Source: an uncultured delta proteobacterium
GTDB taxonomy: Bacteria; Myxococcota_A; Polyangia; Polyangiales; B10-G4
DNA length: 64,000 bases
Direction: 5' to 3'
NCBI GenBank assembly: GCA_963727445.1
Contig: CAVSGI010000021.1
Location: forward strand, 576,001 to 640,000
Positions within the stretch are counted from its first letter, which is position 1; every line of letters begins with the position of its first letter. This document shows, piece after piece, positions 27,331 to 37,416 of this stretch. Both the position numbers and the translations under genes were made by a program. The notes under the pieces were generated by a model. It had not been told where the DNA came from, made no database searches, and saw only the letters and a program-made list of their open reading frames with translations.

Positions 27331-30033
27331 GTGCGGCTCAGTTTGCTTTCCTTTCTGCTGCTCGCTTCCGCGTGCAGCCGCGGGATGTCCGTCCCGGAGG
27401 ATTCGAGCGTCGGCTTCCCCGATGGGACGACGATGTCGGACGTGGGGGCGGACGGGCGCGTGGACACAGGCTTCGTGCGTCCCGACGCCATGCCGCCGAT
27501 GGACTCTTCCCTCCCGGACGGCGGGCCCGGTCGCGATTGCGTCCCGGAGGTCTGCGACAACGAGGTCGACGACGACTGCGACATGCATGTCGACGAGGCG
27601 TGTCCCTGCGTCCCGGGCGAGGTGAGCGCGTGCTTCTCCGGTGTGCCGAGCGGTCGCGGCGTGGGCGTCTGTCAGGACGGGATGATGGTCTGCACCGGGA
27701 GCTTCGAGTTCGGGACCTACGGGCCCTGCGAAGGGGACGTGGTGGACTCGATGGAGATCTGCGACGTCGAAGGGCTCGACGAGGACTGTGACGGAGCGAT
27801 CAACGAGGACTGCGAGTGCTTCGACGGCGACCCTCCGCTGCCCTGCGGGAGCGACGAGGGCGAGTGCGTCGCGGGGATGCAGCGCTGCGTCGACGGGCGC
27901 CGCACGGCATGCGAAGGGGCGGTCGCGCCGGCGGTGGAGAGCTGCAACGCCCGCGACGACGACTGCGACGGATCGGTCGACGAGGGGCTGACGCGGCGCT
28001 GCGGCATGGACGTGGGGGAGTGTCGGGCGGGCCTGGCCACCTGTGTGGACGGGGCGTGGGCCGCTTGCGCTGGTGAGGTGGGGCCTGCGGACGAGGACTG
28101 CAACGGGCGCGACGACGACTGCGACGGCGCCACCGACGAGCTGCCGCCGCGCGCTTGTGGCAGCGACATCGGCGCTTGTAGCGCGGGGAGTCAGGTGTGT
28201 TCCTCCGGCAGCTGGGAGATGTGCACCGGCGCCGTCGCCCCGATGATGGAGTCGTGCAACGGCGCCGACGACGACTGTGACGGCACGGTGGACGACGGAC
28301 TCACCCGCAGCTGTGGCACCACCGACGTCGGCGCGTGCGCCTTCGGAACCGAGTCCTGCGTCGGCGGCGCCTACGGCGCGTGCATGGGCGCCATCGCGCC
28401 CGGAACGGAGCTCTGCGAGGGCAGCGTCGACGAGGACTGCGACGGCACGGTGGACGAGGGATGCGGTTGCGTCAGCGGCACGACGCGGGCCTGCGGCAGC
28501 GCGGTCGGGGCGTGCATGGAAGGCAGCCAGCTCTGCACCGCGGGCGCGTGGGGCACGTGCACCGGCGAGACCGGCCCGTCGATGGAGCTCTGCGACGGGA
28601 CCGTGGACCAGGATTGCGACGGCGCCGTCGACGAGGGCTGCGCATGCATCGATGGCGCGACGCGCACCTGCGGGAGCGACGTCGGCGCGTGCGCCTTCGG
28701 GATGGAGACCTGCGACCTGAGCGGCAGCTGGGGCGCGTGTGCGGGCGGCACCGGGCCATCGACCGAGGTGTGCAACGGCGTGGACGACGACTGTGACGGG
28801 ACGCCGGACGAGGGCGGCGTCTGCCTTCCGCCCACCGCGACCTGTCCCGCCAGCCAGAGCACCACCGTCGGCTCTGCCGTGACGCTCGGCGGCGGCGGGA
28901 TGGATCCGGACGGCGGCGCGGTGAGCTACGCGTGGACCGTGGTGACGGCGCCGGTGGGCTCGACGGCGGCGCCCAGCCCCGCGGACGCCGCCACAACCAC
29001 CTTCGATCCCGACGCCGCGGGCAGCTACACCCTGCGGCTCTGCGTCACCGACGACGAAGGGGTCACCTCCTGCTGCACGGCGATGGTGACCGCCACGAGC
29101 GCCTGCTCACCCCCGACCGCGCCGGTCCTCACCACCTGCCCGACCAGCTGGGATCGGCGCCCAGTGGTGCAGTTCGACCCGCTCCCATCGGGCATGACCT
29201 ACACGCTTTACGCAGATGGCTCGCCCTACGCCACGATCTCCACGGCGGGTCAGAACTATCATCGCCCCCCGAGCGATCTCGGGGCGGGCGCTCCGCCGCC
29301 CGGCGCCGCCACCACGATCTACGCGCGCGCCTGTCTCACGGCGGACCCGACCTGCTGCGCGACCAGCGCCACAGTCACGACGTCACTGGTCGAGTCCTGC
29401 ACCACGCCCGTCGCGCCCACGCCGAGCAACCTCATCTTCAGCGAGTACGTGATCAACGGTGATGGGAGGTGCCCGGGGCCGAACTGCGAGGCGGGGGAGG
29501 CCTTCGAGATCACGAATCTGTCGCACTGCCCGGTCGCGCTGAACGGGCATCACTTCTCCTACTGCAACGCGTCCTGCACGACCTTCCGGTGGATGGACTT
29601 CGGCCCGTCGGACATCGTTCCTCCGCGCGGCGTCTACGTGGCCATCCGGAACATCAGCGGCTCGTCGTGCAGTTATCCCTTCCTCGGCGCCGACGACCCG
29701 GGCCTCTTCGGCCTCAAGACCTCGAGCCTGGTGATGATGAGCACCGCCGGCGACACCAGCGGGTGGTTCGTGAACTCCGGCGGCAGCTCCACCACCCTGC
29801 GCATCGCCACCGGCCCCTTCGTCGACATGACCACCGGCACCACCATCGACATCATCTCTCCCTACTCCGGCGCCGCCGGAGAATGCCAGTCCATCGGCTT
29901 CGACGCCTACGGCGCCTGCGGCAGTGTGAGCCCGGTGGCCACACCGACCGACGTCCTCGATCCCAATCAGCTCGGCCGCCTCTGGGAGCCCTGCGATACG
30001 CTGACGTCGCCCGTGCCGGCCAGTTGCATGTAG
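27331..30033 (+). CDS. Large Cys-rich lipoprotein: 8 DxDCDGxxDE repeats, PKD/Ig-like domain and lamin-tail-like domain
   Basis: Lipobox LASA-C; ExC[ND]GxDDDCDGxVDE repeats; DPDGGAVSYAWTV...GSYTLRLCVTD; NLIFSEYV...EAFEITN. Confidence 0.85.
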   Translation: MRLSLLSFLLLASACSRGMSVPEDSSVGFPDGTTMSDVGADGRVDTGFVRPDAMPPMDSSLPDGGPGRDCVPEVCDNEVDDDCDMHVDEACPCVPGEVSACFSGVPSGRGVGVCQDGMMVCTGSFEFGTYGPCEGDVVDSMEICDVEGLDEDCDGAINEDCECFDGDPPLPCGSDEGECVAGMQRCVDGRRTACEGAVAPAVESCNARDDDCDGSVDEGLTRRCGMDVGECRAGLATCVDGAWAACAGEVGPADEDCNGRDDDCDGATDELPPRACGSDIGACSAGSQVCSSGSWEMCTGAVAPMMESCNGADDDCDGTVDDGLTRSCGTTDVGACAFGTESCVGGAYGACMGAIAPGTELCEGSVDEDCDGTVDEGCGCVSGTTRACGSAVGACMEGSQLCTAGAWGTCTGETGPSMELCDGTVDQDCDGAVDEGCACIDGATRTCGSDVGACAFGMETCDLSGSWGACAGGTGPSTEVCNGVDDDCDGTPDEGGVCLPPTATCPASQSTTVGSAVTLGGGGMDPDGGAVSYAWTVVTAPVGSTAAPSPADAATTTFDPDAAGSYTLRLCVTDDEGVTSCCTAMVTATSACSPPTAPVLTTCPTSWDRRPVVQFDPLPSGMTYTLYADGSPYATISTAGQNYHRPPSDLGAGAPPPGAATTIYARACLTADPTCCATSATVTTSLVESCTTPVAPTPSNLIFSEYVINGDGRCPGPNCEAGEAFEITNLSHCPVALNGHHFSYCNASCTTFRWMDFGPSDIVPPRGVYVAIRNISGSSCSYPFLGADDPGLFGLKTSSLVMMSTAGDTSGWFVNSGGSSTTLRIATGPFVDMTTGTTIDIISPYSGAAGECQSIGFDAYGACGSVSPVATPTDVLDPNQLGRLWEPCDTLTSPVPASCM

Positions 30034-30060
30034 GCTGAACGGGCTCGACGCCCCGACCTC

Positions 30061-30474
30061 ATGCGCACTTCCCTCCTGATCGCCGTGCTCTTCCTGGCGG
30101 CTTGCTCCGACGACATGATGTCGGCCGACAGCGGGCCGATGAGGGATGCCGAGATCGTCAACGGCTGCCCGGTGCTCGATTCTCCGCAGGCGAGCCCCGG
30201 CGATCCGATCGACGGCGACACCTTCGACAGCTTCGCCAGCGGCTTCTTCGCGACCTATTGCACCCGCTGCCACTCGACGACGCTCACGGGCGCGATCGAC
30301 CGAAACGGCGCGCCCGACGGGCGCGACTGGGACGACGAGGCGAGCGTGCACATGTACCTGCCCCTGATCCGACAGTGGGTCGGCGAGGTCAACGGCATGC
30401 CCATCGGCGATCCCCAGCCGAGCTGCGACGAGCGGCGGCGCCTCGTGCGGTGGATCGACGCGGACGCGCCCTGA
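30061..30474 (+). CDS. Monoheme c-type cytochrome lipoprotein
   Basis: Lipobox LAA-C; CTRCH heme motif; distal GMP; ends WIDADAP. Confidence 0.82.
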   Translation: MRTSLLIAVLFLAACSDDMMSADSGPMRDAEIVNGCPVLDSPQASPGDPIDGDTFDSFASGFFATYCTRCHSTTLTGAIDRNGAPDGRDWDDEASVHMYLPLIRQWVGEVNGMPIGDPQPSCDERRRLVRWIDADAP

Positions 30475-30478
30475 GCGA

Positions 30479-31655
30479 TCAGAGGCGCGTGGCGGTGACC
30501 GGGTAGGACTGGTCCGCGCAGTCGTAGCAGTCGCCGAGGCTCATGGGCGTGAAGTCGGCGGTGAAGCTGCCCATCCACTGGTCGTCGGCGGTGAACATGC
30601 CGCTGAGGGAGTAGGTCTCGTCGCAGGCGCCGGTGAGGGTGCAGGAGGCCGTGAAGGAGCGCGTGGCCGCGGTGTACGTTCCCATCATCGCGCAGGGCGC
30701 ACCGGAGACCGTGATCGACGACCCGCTCACAGCGATGGTGAAGGTGGTGATGGTGTAGTCCACCAGGTAGACCAGGCCGAGGTACGAGGCGCACATGTAG
30801 TCCGGTGGGGTGCTCGTTCCGTAGTCCCCGTTCGGATTGAACGCCCGGCACATGGAGACGTCGTAGGTGCAGAGGCTCGTACACCCGAGCGTCCCCGATG
30901 TCCCCGACATCACGGAGCCGCAGGTCGCTCCGCCATAATCGGGATCGTCGCACTGCTCTGATCCGTCGATCGTCCCGTTGCCGCAGAGCGTGCAGGTCGA
31001 GGTGTCGTAGCCGCTGCAGTCGCTGCGGCAGGTCGCCATCCCGGAGGAAAAGCCCATCCCGAGGCTCGCACAGTCCGCCGTCGAGCCCGCACAGCAGCTC
31101 CCGACGCCGTCGTCACACGCGCCGTTGCAGTCGTCGTCGACGCCGTTGCAGAGCTCGGTGGGCGGGACGCAGGCGCCGTAGGTGCAGGTGCCGCCGCAGG
31201 TCTGTGTTCCGGTGGAGCCGCAGCTCGTGGGGCAGCTCCGGATTTCGCCGGAGCTGCACTCGGTCCCCTCGTCGACGCGGCCGTCGCAGTCGTCGTCCAT
31301 GCCCGTGCAGCCCTCCGGCGGCGCAGTATTCGCGGTCTCGGCAGCGGTCGAGGGTGCAGGGGACGCCATCGGCGCACTCGATGTCCTCGGTGCAAGGCTC
31401 CGGCGCGGTGCGGCAGCCGAAGGCGGTGTCGCAGCTCAGCCCTTCGGGGCAGCAATCGGTGCAGGGCTCGTGGCTGCACGCGCCCGTGTCGCAGTGGTCG
31501 ATGGTGCAGGCGATGGTGTCGTTGCAGTCGAGGTCGGTCGCGCACTCGTCCCCCGGGGTGCCGTCGAAGCCCGGCGTCCCGGTGTCCTCCGTGGGGTCGC
31601 CGCGGGTGCCGCACGCAGCCAGAACGAGCATCGCGGCGAGGCAGAGACGGCGCAT
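30479..31655 (-). CDS. Cys-rich repeat lipoprotein, apparent frameshift ~31320
   Basis: Lipobox LAA-C; DCNDTIACTIDHC, DDDCDGRVDE and CGNGTIDGSEQCDD motifs across ORFs 31113..31655 and 30479..31369. Confidence 0.75.
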
Positions 31656-31799
31656 CGAACGATTCTATACTTCTTCTGTCCCATTCCGGCGGCGGCTCGG
31701 CACCCATCTCTCATGGCCGTTCTGTACGCTGGGCTCCTACATCCGGTCGGGTTAGCCTCCGCAAACGCGGAGGTCGCCCGTCGTGCTCCGCGCGCCCGC

Positions 31800-32342
31800 A
31801 TGGATGGAGCCACGTCTCAGAGTCGCGAGGATGAGCTGGTCGCGCTGGTGCCAGCGGTGCGCCGCTGGCTCTACCGCCTCCTCGGTCCGGGGCCCGACTT
31901 CGACGACGCGGTGCAGGAGGCGCTCCTCGAGGTCGCCCGCGCGCTGCCCCGCTTCGAAGGACGCAGCAAGCTGAGCACCTACGCGCACCCCATCGTGATG
32001 CGCGCCGGCTACAAGGTCATCGAGCGCCGCAAGAAGCGGCGCGCCGAGCAGGACGACGCCGTGGTCGAGCGCGTCTCCGCGGACGACGACCCCGAGGAGC
32101 GCGTGCATCACCGCGCGCAGCTCGCGCGCCTGCATCGCGTCCTCGACCAGCTCCCCGAATCCCAGCGCGGCGCCTTCGTCCTGGTGAACGTCGAGCGCCT
32201 CTCCCACGAGGAGGCGGCCGAGTGTGAGGGCGTCTCCCTCGAGACCCTCCGCAAACGCCTCACCCGCGCCCGCGCCGAGCTCGCCCGCCGTCTCGCAGCC
32301 GACCCCGAGCTGGTCTCCATGTTGAAGAAGAGGCCGGCATGA
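31800..32342 (+). CDS. ECF-type RNA polymerase sigma factor
   Basis: DDAVQEALL, RFEGRSKLSTY and region-4 LPESQRGAFVL...LSHEEAAE...TLRKRLTRAR. Confidence 0.92.
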   Translation: MDGATSQSREDELVALVPAVRRWLYRLLGPGPDFDDAVQEALLEVARALPRFEGRSKLSTYAHPIVMRAGYKVIERRKKRRAEQDDAVVERVSADDDPEERVHHRAQLARLHRVLDQLPESQRGAFVLVNVERLSHEEAAECEGVSLETLRKRLTRARAELARRLAADPELVSMLKKRPA

Positions 32343-33647
32343 ACGCCGACGAATCGCTGGTCGACGCCCTCGCCGAGACGCTGTCAACCGCGGAGCCAGA
32401 AGCGCTCGACGAAGAAGGGGCGAGGGCGCTCGCGCGGGCGGCGGTGGCGGATTCGGAGACGGGAGACGGAGACGGACTCGGAGACGGGGACCGACCTCGT
32501 CGACGCCCTCGGCGACCAGCTCGCTGCCTCCGAGCCGGAAGCACTCGATGAAGCGGAGACCCGCGCGCTCGCGACCGAGGCGATCGAGGGAGCGCAAGCC
32601 GAAAAAGAGGAGCCCGGGGCGGAGGTGGTGGACCTCGAGGCCTTCCGCCATGCGCCGCTCCTCGCCGCGGCGGCGGTGATCCTCTTCGTCGTCGCGGCGG
32701 CCGCCATCGCCACGCCGGCCCAGGCGCCGCCCAGCGTGCACCGCTTCGCGAGCGGCCACCGCATCGTGGCCACCCCCGGGACGCTCCTCGGGTGGGAAGA
32801 GTCGGAGGCCGACCTGGCCGTGGAGCTCGGGGAGGGCGAGGCGATGTTCGACATCGATCCCGAGGCCGAGCAGAGCGTTCGCGTCCTGTCGGCGGGGATC
32901 ACGGTGCGCGTGACGGGCACGGTCTTCACCGTGGCGCTTCGAAGCGGCGTGACGCAGGTGGCCGTCTTCGAGGGTCATGTCGCGATCACCGGCGCCGAAG
33001 GCCTGTCGCTGCTCTCGGCCGGAGATCGCTGGGAGGGCTCCCCCGGACGCGAGCTCTCGCGCGCGCACTTCGAACCGCGCCTCCTGGAAGAAGCCGAGTA
33101 CGCCGCCGAGCGCCGGGCGGAGTACGCCGCGCGGATCGACGACTTCGTCCCGAACCTGCCCCCGGTTCCCGATCTCGCGGCCGACGGTCGCCTCCCTCAT
33201 CGCAACGACGAAGCGGAAGGCGAATCCTCGGATGACGAGGAGTCCCCCTCCGAGACCGAGGGGTCGCGCGGCCCCGCGCCAATGCCGCGCATCGCCGACG
33301 CGCGCGCTCTGCTCACGGAGCGTCGCTACGACGAGGCGCGCGCGCTGGCCGACCGCGCCCTTCGCGGCGGGCCCAACGCAGACTGGCTGATGATCCGCGG
33401 CGACGCGCTGCGCGGCGAAGGCAGCCTCGAAGAAGCCGCGTCCGAGTACACGCGGGCCGCGCTGGTGGGTGATGGACGGGACCGCGCGGTGGCGGGGCTC
33501 TCGGCAGCGCGGATCCTCGGCCGCGAGCTCGGCCGCACCGGCCCCGCGCGCGAGGTGCTCGTCTCGAGCGGGGCCCTCGGCGCGTCCTCGCCGGTCCAGT
33601 CGCAAGCAGAAGCGCTGGCGCGCGAGCTCGGTATCGTGATTCCTTGA
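32339..33647 (+). CDS. FecR-domain anti-sigma factor with C-terminal TPR-like helices, apparent +1 frameshift ~32461
   Basis: ATGA overlap with the sigma gene; TM helix; LGEGEAMFDI...VRVTGTVFTV...VAVFEGHV FecR motif. Confidence 0.8.
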
Positions 33648-33651
33648 GTCG

Positions 33652-34645
33652 ATGTTGGGTCGACCCGGCACCGAGAGGCTCGCCGCTGTCTTCTTCGCGG
33701 CCCTCGCCGTGGCAGGGGGGCCCGCGCGCGCCTTCGCCCAGGAGGAGCTGATCCTCTCCGTGCCCGAAGAGACGCCCGAGCGCGCCGTCTCGGCCTTGTT
33801 GGTGGAGCTTCAACTGACCGGCCACGCGCCGGTGGTGATGAAGCGCCCCCGCGGAGCCCGGGGCGAGGTGCTCGAGCCCTTCGCTCACACCGGGGCCGCC
33901 CGCGCCGTGGTGATCGAGCGAAACGGCCGGATGGTGATCGCGGATCGCGACGGTCCGATCGCCGAGGCGGTGCTGGACGAAGGCCTCGCACGCATCCATC
34001 CCCGCGTGCTCGCCATGGTCTGTGCGGATTCTCGCGACGCAGGTGCGACCCCCTCACCCCGCCGAGCCCGCGCCTTCCGTCGCGGAGCCCGTGGATCTGC
34101 CGCGCGTCCGTCTCCTCGACCCCGTCGATGCGCTCTCCGCGCCTGTCGTGACCGGCCCGAGCGGCGCCCTCGCCGCGCCCGAGGTGCGCCGTGACGCGGC
34201 GACGGCAGAGGCTCAAACGCCGCCGCCCGAGGAGCCGCGCACGCCGTTCCCCGATTGGCTGCGCATCCTCACCGAGATCAGCTTCGGGTTCGCGGGCTCG
34301 GCGGTGCTCGGGATCCCCGCGGCCCTCGCGACCGACGCCGCCGGAGCGCCTGGCTACGCCGGCGGCTGGCTCTATGGATTCGCTGCGGCGGGGCCCATCG
34401 GCTACGCGATCGGCGCCTGGCTCGGTGGCCTCCTCGCTGGGGGCGACGGCAATTTCTGGTGGACGCTTCTCGGCGGCTTCGTGGGCGGGCTGGTCGCGGG
34501 CGGGCTCCTCCTCGCGGGTCGGGCGGTGGACGACGATCCCACCGATGGCGTCGACCCGGGCTTCACGCTGCTCGGCGCCGTGGCCCTCTTCGCCGCACCG
34601 ACGACGCTGTCCATCCTGGGCTACGAGCTGAGCTCGAGCGAGTGA
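33652..34645 (+). CDS. Exported/membrane protein with Gly-rich hydrophobic C-terminal helices, apparent frameshift ~34022
   Basis: Signal peptide ending AFA-QEE; continues in ORF 34022..34645; co-operonic with sigma/anti-sigma. Confidence 0.6.
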
Positions 34646-35200
34646 TCACGGTTCCGATTCGGGGGCTTCGTCTCCCGTCGCGTCTTCCTCCGCCTCCGTC
34701 GTCTCTTCGCCTGCCGCTTCACCGGCGAGGAGCGCCTCGACCTCGGCGAAGCGTTCGTTGGGCACGGTGATCGCCAGGTTGTAGTGGACGATTCGGTACC
34801 GACCATCCTCGCCGAGGCGGAGCACGCCCGAGCCGCGGGATGGGCCCAGGCCCTCGGTGTCGAGGTCCTCGTCGAACCACGCGATGCGGGCGTCTCGCGA
34901 GAAGCGGACGGCGCGGCGCGTGGGGTGGAAGACCCACGCCTTTCCTCGTGCGAAGTGGGGGTGTGCGTAGGCGCGAAGCTGATCGACGGTCCAACGCTCG
35001 GTGGCGTCGGTGCCCATGAAGATCCCCTCCGTGTCGAAGTGCGAGAAGTAGCGCTCCTCGTCCGCCTCCGCCGCGGCGCGATGCCAGTCGTCGAGGACCT
35101 CGTTCACGGCGCGTTCTGCTTCCGAGAGCTCGGCGGAGGTCGCCGTCCGAGCCGCATTCGCGCCGCAACCGGAGAGGAGGAGGAGGATCAAGGCGCGCAT
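34646..35200 (-). CDS. SnoaL/NTF2-like lipoprotein
   Basis: LDDWHRAAAEAD...FMGTDATERW...AWFDEDL...HYNLAITVPN. Confidence 0.8.
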   Translation of the reverse strand: MRALILLLLSGCGANAARTATSAELSEAERAVNEVLDDWHRAAAEADEERYFSHFDTEGIFMGTDATERWTVDQLRAYAHPHFARGKAWVFHPTRRAVRFSRDARIAWFDEDLDTEGLGPSRGSGVLRLGEDGRYRIVHYNLAITVPNERFAEVEALLAGEAAGEETTEAEEDATGDEAPESEP

Positions 35201-36198
35201 TCTGGCTCCGCAGCGTAGAAGTGAATGGGTGACGCGACGAACTCGCTGGTGGTGTAGTAGCCGCGCCCGTCGGGCGCCCACGCGATCCCTTCGCCCTGCA
35301 TCTCGAAGGCGGCGGGGAGGCTGAAGGGCGTCGTGCCGAGCGCGTCCGCCACCGAGCCGCCCGCGGGCCGGAGGAAGAGAAGGACGGCGGAATAGGTGCG
35401 CACCAAGAGCGCCCGACCGTCGACCGAGAGATCGGCTGCGGTCACCAGCGGGCCTCCCGGCGTCGCGCCCGGACCGAAGAGGAGCATGCCGACCCGCTCC
35501 AGAGTGATGGTGGCGCCGCCGAGCGGCGCGCGCGCGACGTAGAGCTCGCTCATCCCATCGTTGTCCTTGGTCAGCAGAAAGAGGTCGCCGCTGTCCGGAT
35601 CCACCATCAAGGCCTCGCAGTCGTGAGGCCCCGCGGGATAGACGAGGGGGATCGCCACCACCGAGCCCAGATCCACCGTCACGGCGGCCTGGTCGCGCGT
35701 CACCGCCGGTTCGGGCACCTGGTAGACCACCACCGTCGCGCGTCCCACGCCGGTGTCGCGCGCGTCGTTGTCGCCGATGTCGCCCACGTAGATGTAGTCG
35801 CGACCCGGCTCGGGGCCCGGGCCGATGGCGATGTCTTCCCAATCGACGTTCGTCGCGCCCGTCAGTCGGTATTCGCCGAGGTTCGTCCCGTCGGTCCGGA
35901 GCGCGAAGATCCGCGCCAGATCGCCCGAGTCGTTGTGCACCCAGAGCACGTCTTCGGCGGAGCGGCTCGCCGCGACGCCCGACACCTCGTCGAGGTCGGG
36001 GTTTTCGGCGTTGCCGACGACGACGGCGTCGGCGAAGGCGGTGCAGGGCGCGCCGCCCGCGTCGTCCGGGGTCGCGTCGCTCGCTCCATCCATCATCGCG
36101 TCCGCCACCCCCGAGTCGACGATCAAGGCGTCGTGGCAGCCAAGTGAAGCGAAGAGGAGAGCGAGAGCGAGCACCCGGATGGCAGGGTGGCCAATCAT
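35188..36198 (-). CDS. Secreted beta-propeller-like lipoprotein
   Basis: Lipobox SLG-C; EVSGVAAS, WVHNDSGD, DWEDIA, DIGDN and QGEGIAW motifs. Confidence 0.75.
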   Translation of the reverse strand: MIGHPAIRVLALALLFASLGCHDALIVDSGVADAMMDGASDATPDDAGGAPCTAFADAVVVGNAENPDLDEVSGVAASRSAEDVLWVHNDSGDLARIFALRTDGTNLGEYRLTGATNVDWEDIAIGPGPEPGRDYIYVGDIGDNDARDTGVGRATVVVYQVPEPAVTRDQAAVTVDLGSVVAIPLVYPAGPHDCEALMVDPDSGDLFLLTKDNDGMSELYVARAPLGGATITLERVGMLLFGPGATPGGPLVTAADLSVDGRALLVRTYSAVLLFLRPAGGSVADALGTTPFSLPAAFEMQGEGIAWAPDGRGYYTTSEFVASPIHFYAAEPECAP

Positions 36199-36223
36199 CG
36201 CCGCCAGCTTACAATGCCGCCCC

Positions 36224-37327
36224 ATGCGCCGCATCGCCGCCATCGACTGGATGCGAGGTTTCGTGATGGTCCTGATGGCCATCGACCATGCTTCGCTGAT
36301 GTTGAACGGCGGCCGGGTCTCCCATGACTCGGCGGCGAGCTTCGTCGCGGGGACCGCCCTGCCGCCCGCGCAGTTCTTCACCCGCTGGATCACCCACCTC
36401 TGCGCGCCCACCTTCGTCTTCCTCGCCGGCACCGCCATCGCCATCAGCACCAAGCGCCGCCACGCCCGCGGGATGAGCGCCTGGGACATCGACCGCGACC
36501 TCCTGATCCGTGGCGCCTTCATCGCGCTCCTCGACCTGACGGTCATGTCGAGCCTCGCCGGCTTCACCATCCTGCAGGTGCTCTACGCGATCGGCGTCAG
36601 CATGATGCTGATGGTTCCGCTGCGCCGCATCGGTCCCAAGGCGCTCTTCGTGCTCGCGATCTCCTGGTTCGTCTGCGGTGAGTGGATCACAGGGCTGTTC
36701 TGGGACCCGGCCCACGGCGGCGACGAGCCGCTCTGGGTGAATCTCACCTTCGCGCCGCTCTTCCGCGAGGGACTGGTCATCCCCTATCCCTTCGTGCCGT
36801 GGCTCGCGATGATGATGCTCGGCTGGGTCTTCGGCGAGTGGATGGTCTCCGTTCGCGAAGAAGAGGGGAGCGAAGCGAAGATCCGGCGCGTCCTGTTCAT
36901 CGGCGGCCTGATCAGCCTCGGGATCTTCGCCGTCGTGCGCGGCCTCGATGGATACGGGAACATGTTCCTACACCGCGAGAGCGGCTCGCTCGTGCAGTGG
37001 CTCCACGTGAGCAAGTACCCTCCCTCCCTCGCCTTCGTGACACTCGAGCTCGGCCTGATGGCGCTCTGCCTGTCGGCGATGATGAAGCTCGAGCCGATCC
37101 TCGGCGTGCGTGACAACGGGCCCATCCTCGTCTACGGCCAGACAGCGCTCTTCTTCTACATCCTTCACTTCCTGATGCTCGGCGGCTCTCGGGCCTTCGT
37201 GCCGCGCGGGGGTCTCGAGATGGCGTACCTCGGTGCCCTCACGGTGCTGGTGATCCTCTACCCGCTCTGCCTCGGTTTCCGCGCGCTCAAACGGAAACAT
37301 CCGACGAGCCTCTTGCGATTCATCTGA
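36224..37327 (+). CDS. DUF1624/HGSNAT-like membrane acyltransferase
   Basis: RIAAIDWMRGFVMVLMAIDH, TRWITHLCAPTFVFLAG and KYPPSL motifs. Confidence 0.85.
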   Translation: MRRIAAIDWMRGFVMVLMAIDHASLMLNGGRVSHDSAASFVAGTALPPAQFFTRWITHLCAPTFVFLAGTAIAISTKRRHARGMSAWDIDRDLLIRGAFIALLDLTVMSSLAGFTILQVLYAIGVSMMLMVPLRRIGPKALFVLAISWFVCGEWITGLFWDPAHGGDEPLWVNLTFAPLFREGLVIPYPFVPWLAMMMLGWVFGEWMVSVREEEGSEAKIRRVLFIGGLISLGIFAVVRGLDGYGNMFLHRESGSLVQWLHVSKYPPSLAFVTLELGLMALCLSAMMKLEPILGVRDNGPILVYGQTALFFYILHFLMLGGSRAFVPRGGLEMAYLGALTVLVILYPLCLGFRALKRKHPTSLLRFI

Positions 37328-37416
37328 CGCGCCGCGCAAACGGACACTGCCAGCGCAATCGTGCACGCCACGTCCAACATTTCCCGTTTGGCGCGCGACC
37401 GGGGCATAATGGGTGG

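Noticed and set aside
32450..32495. Phase variation through GAGACG repeats in the anti-sigma gene
   Set aside because: The 6-bp unit preserves frame, and the shift is explained by one extra G in a window full of indels.
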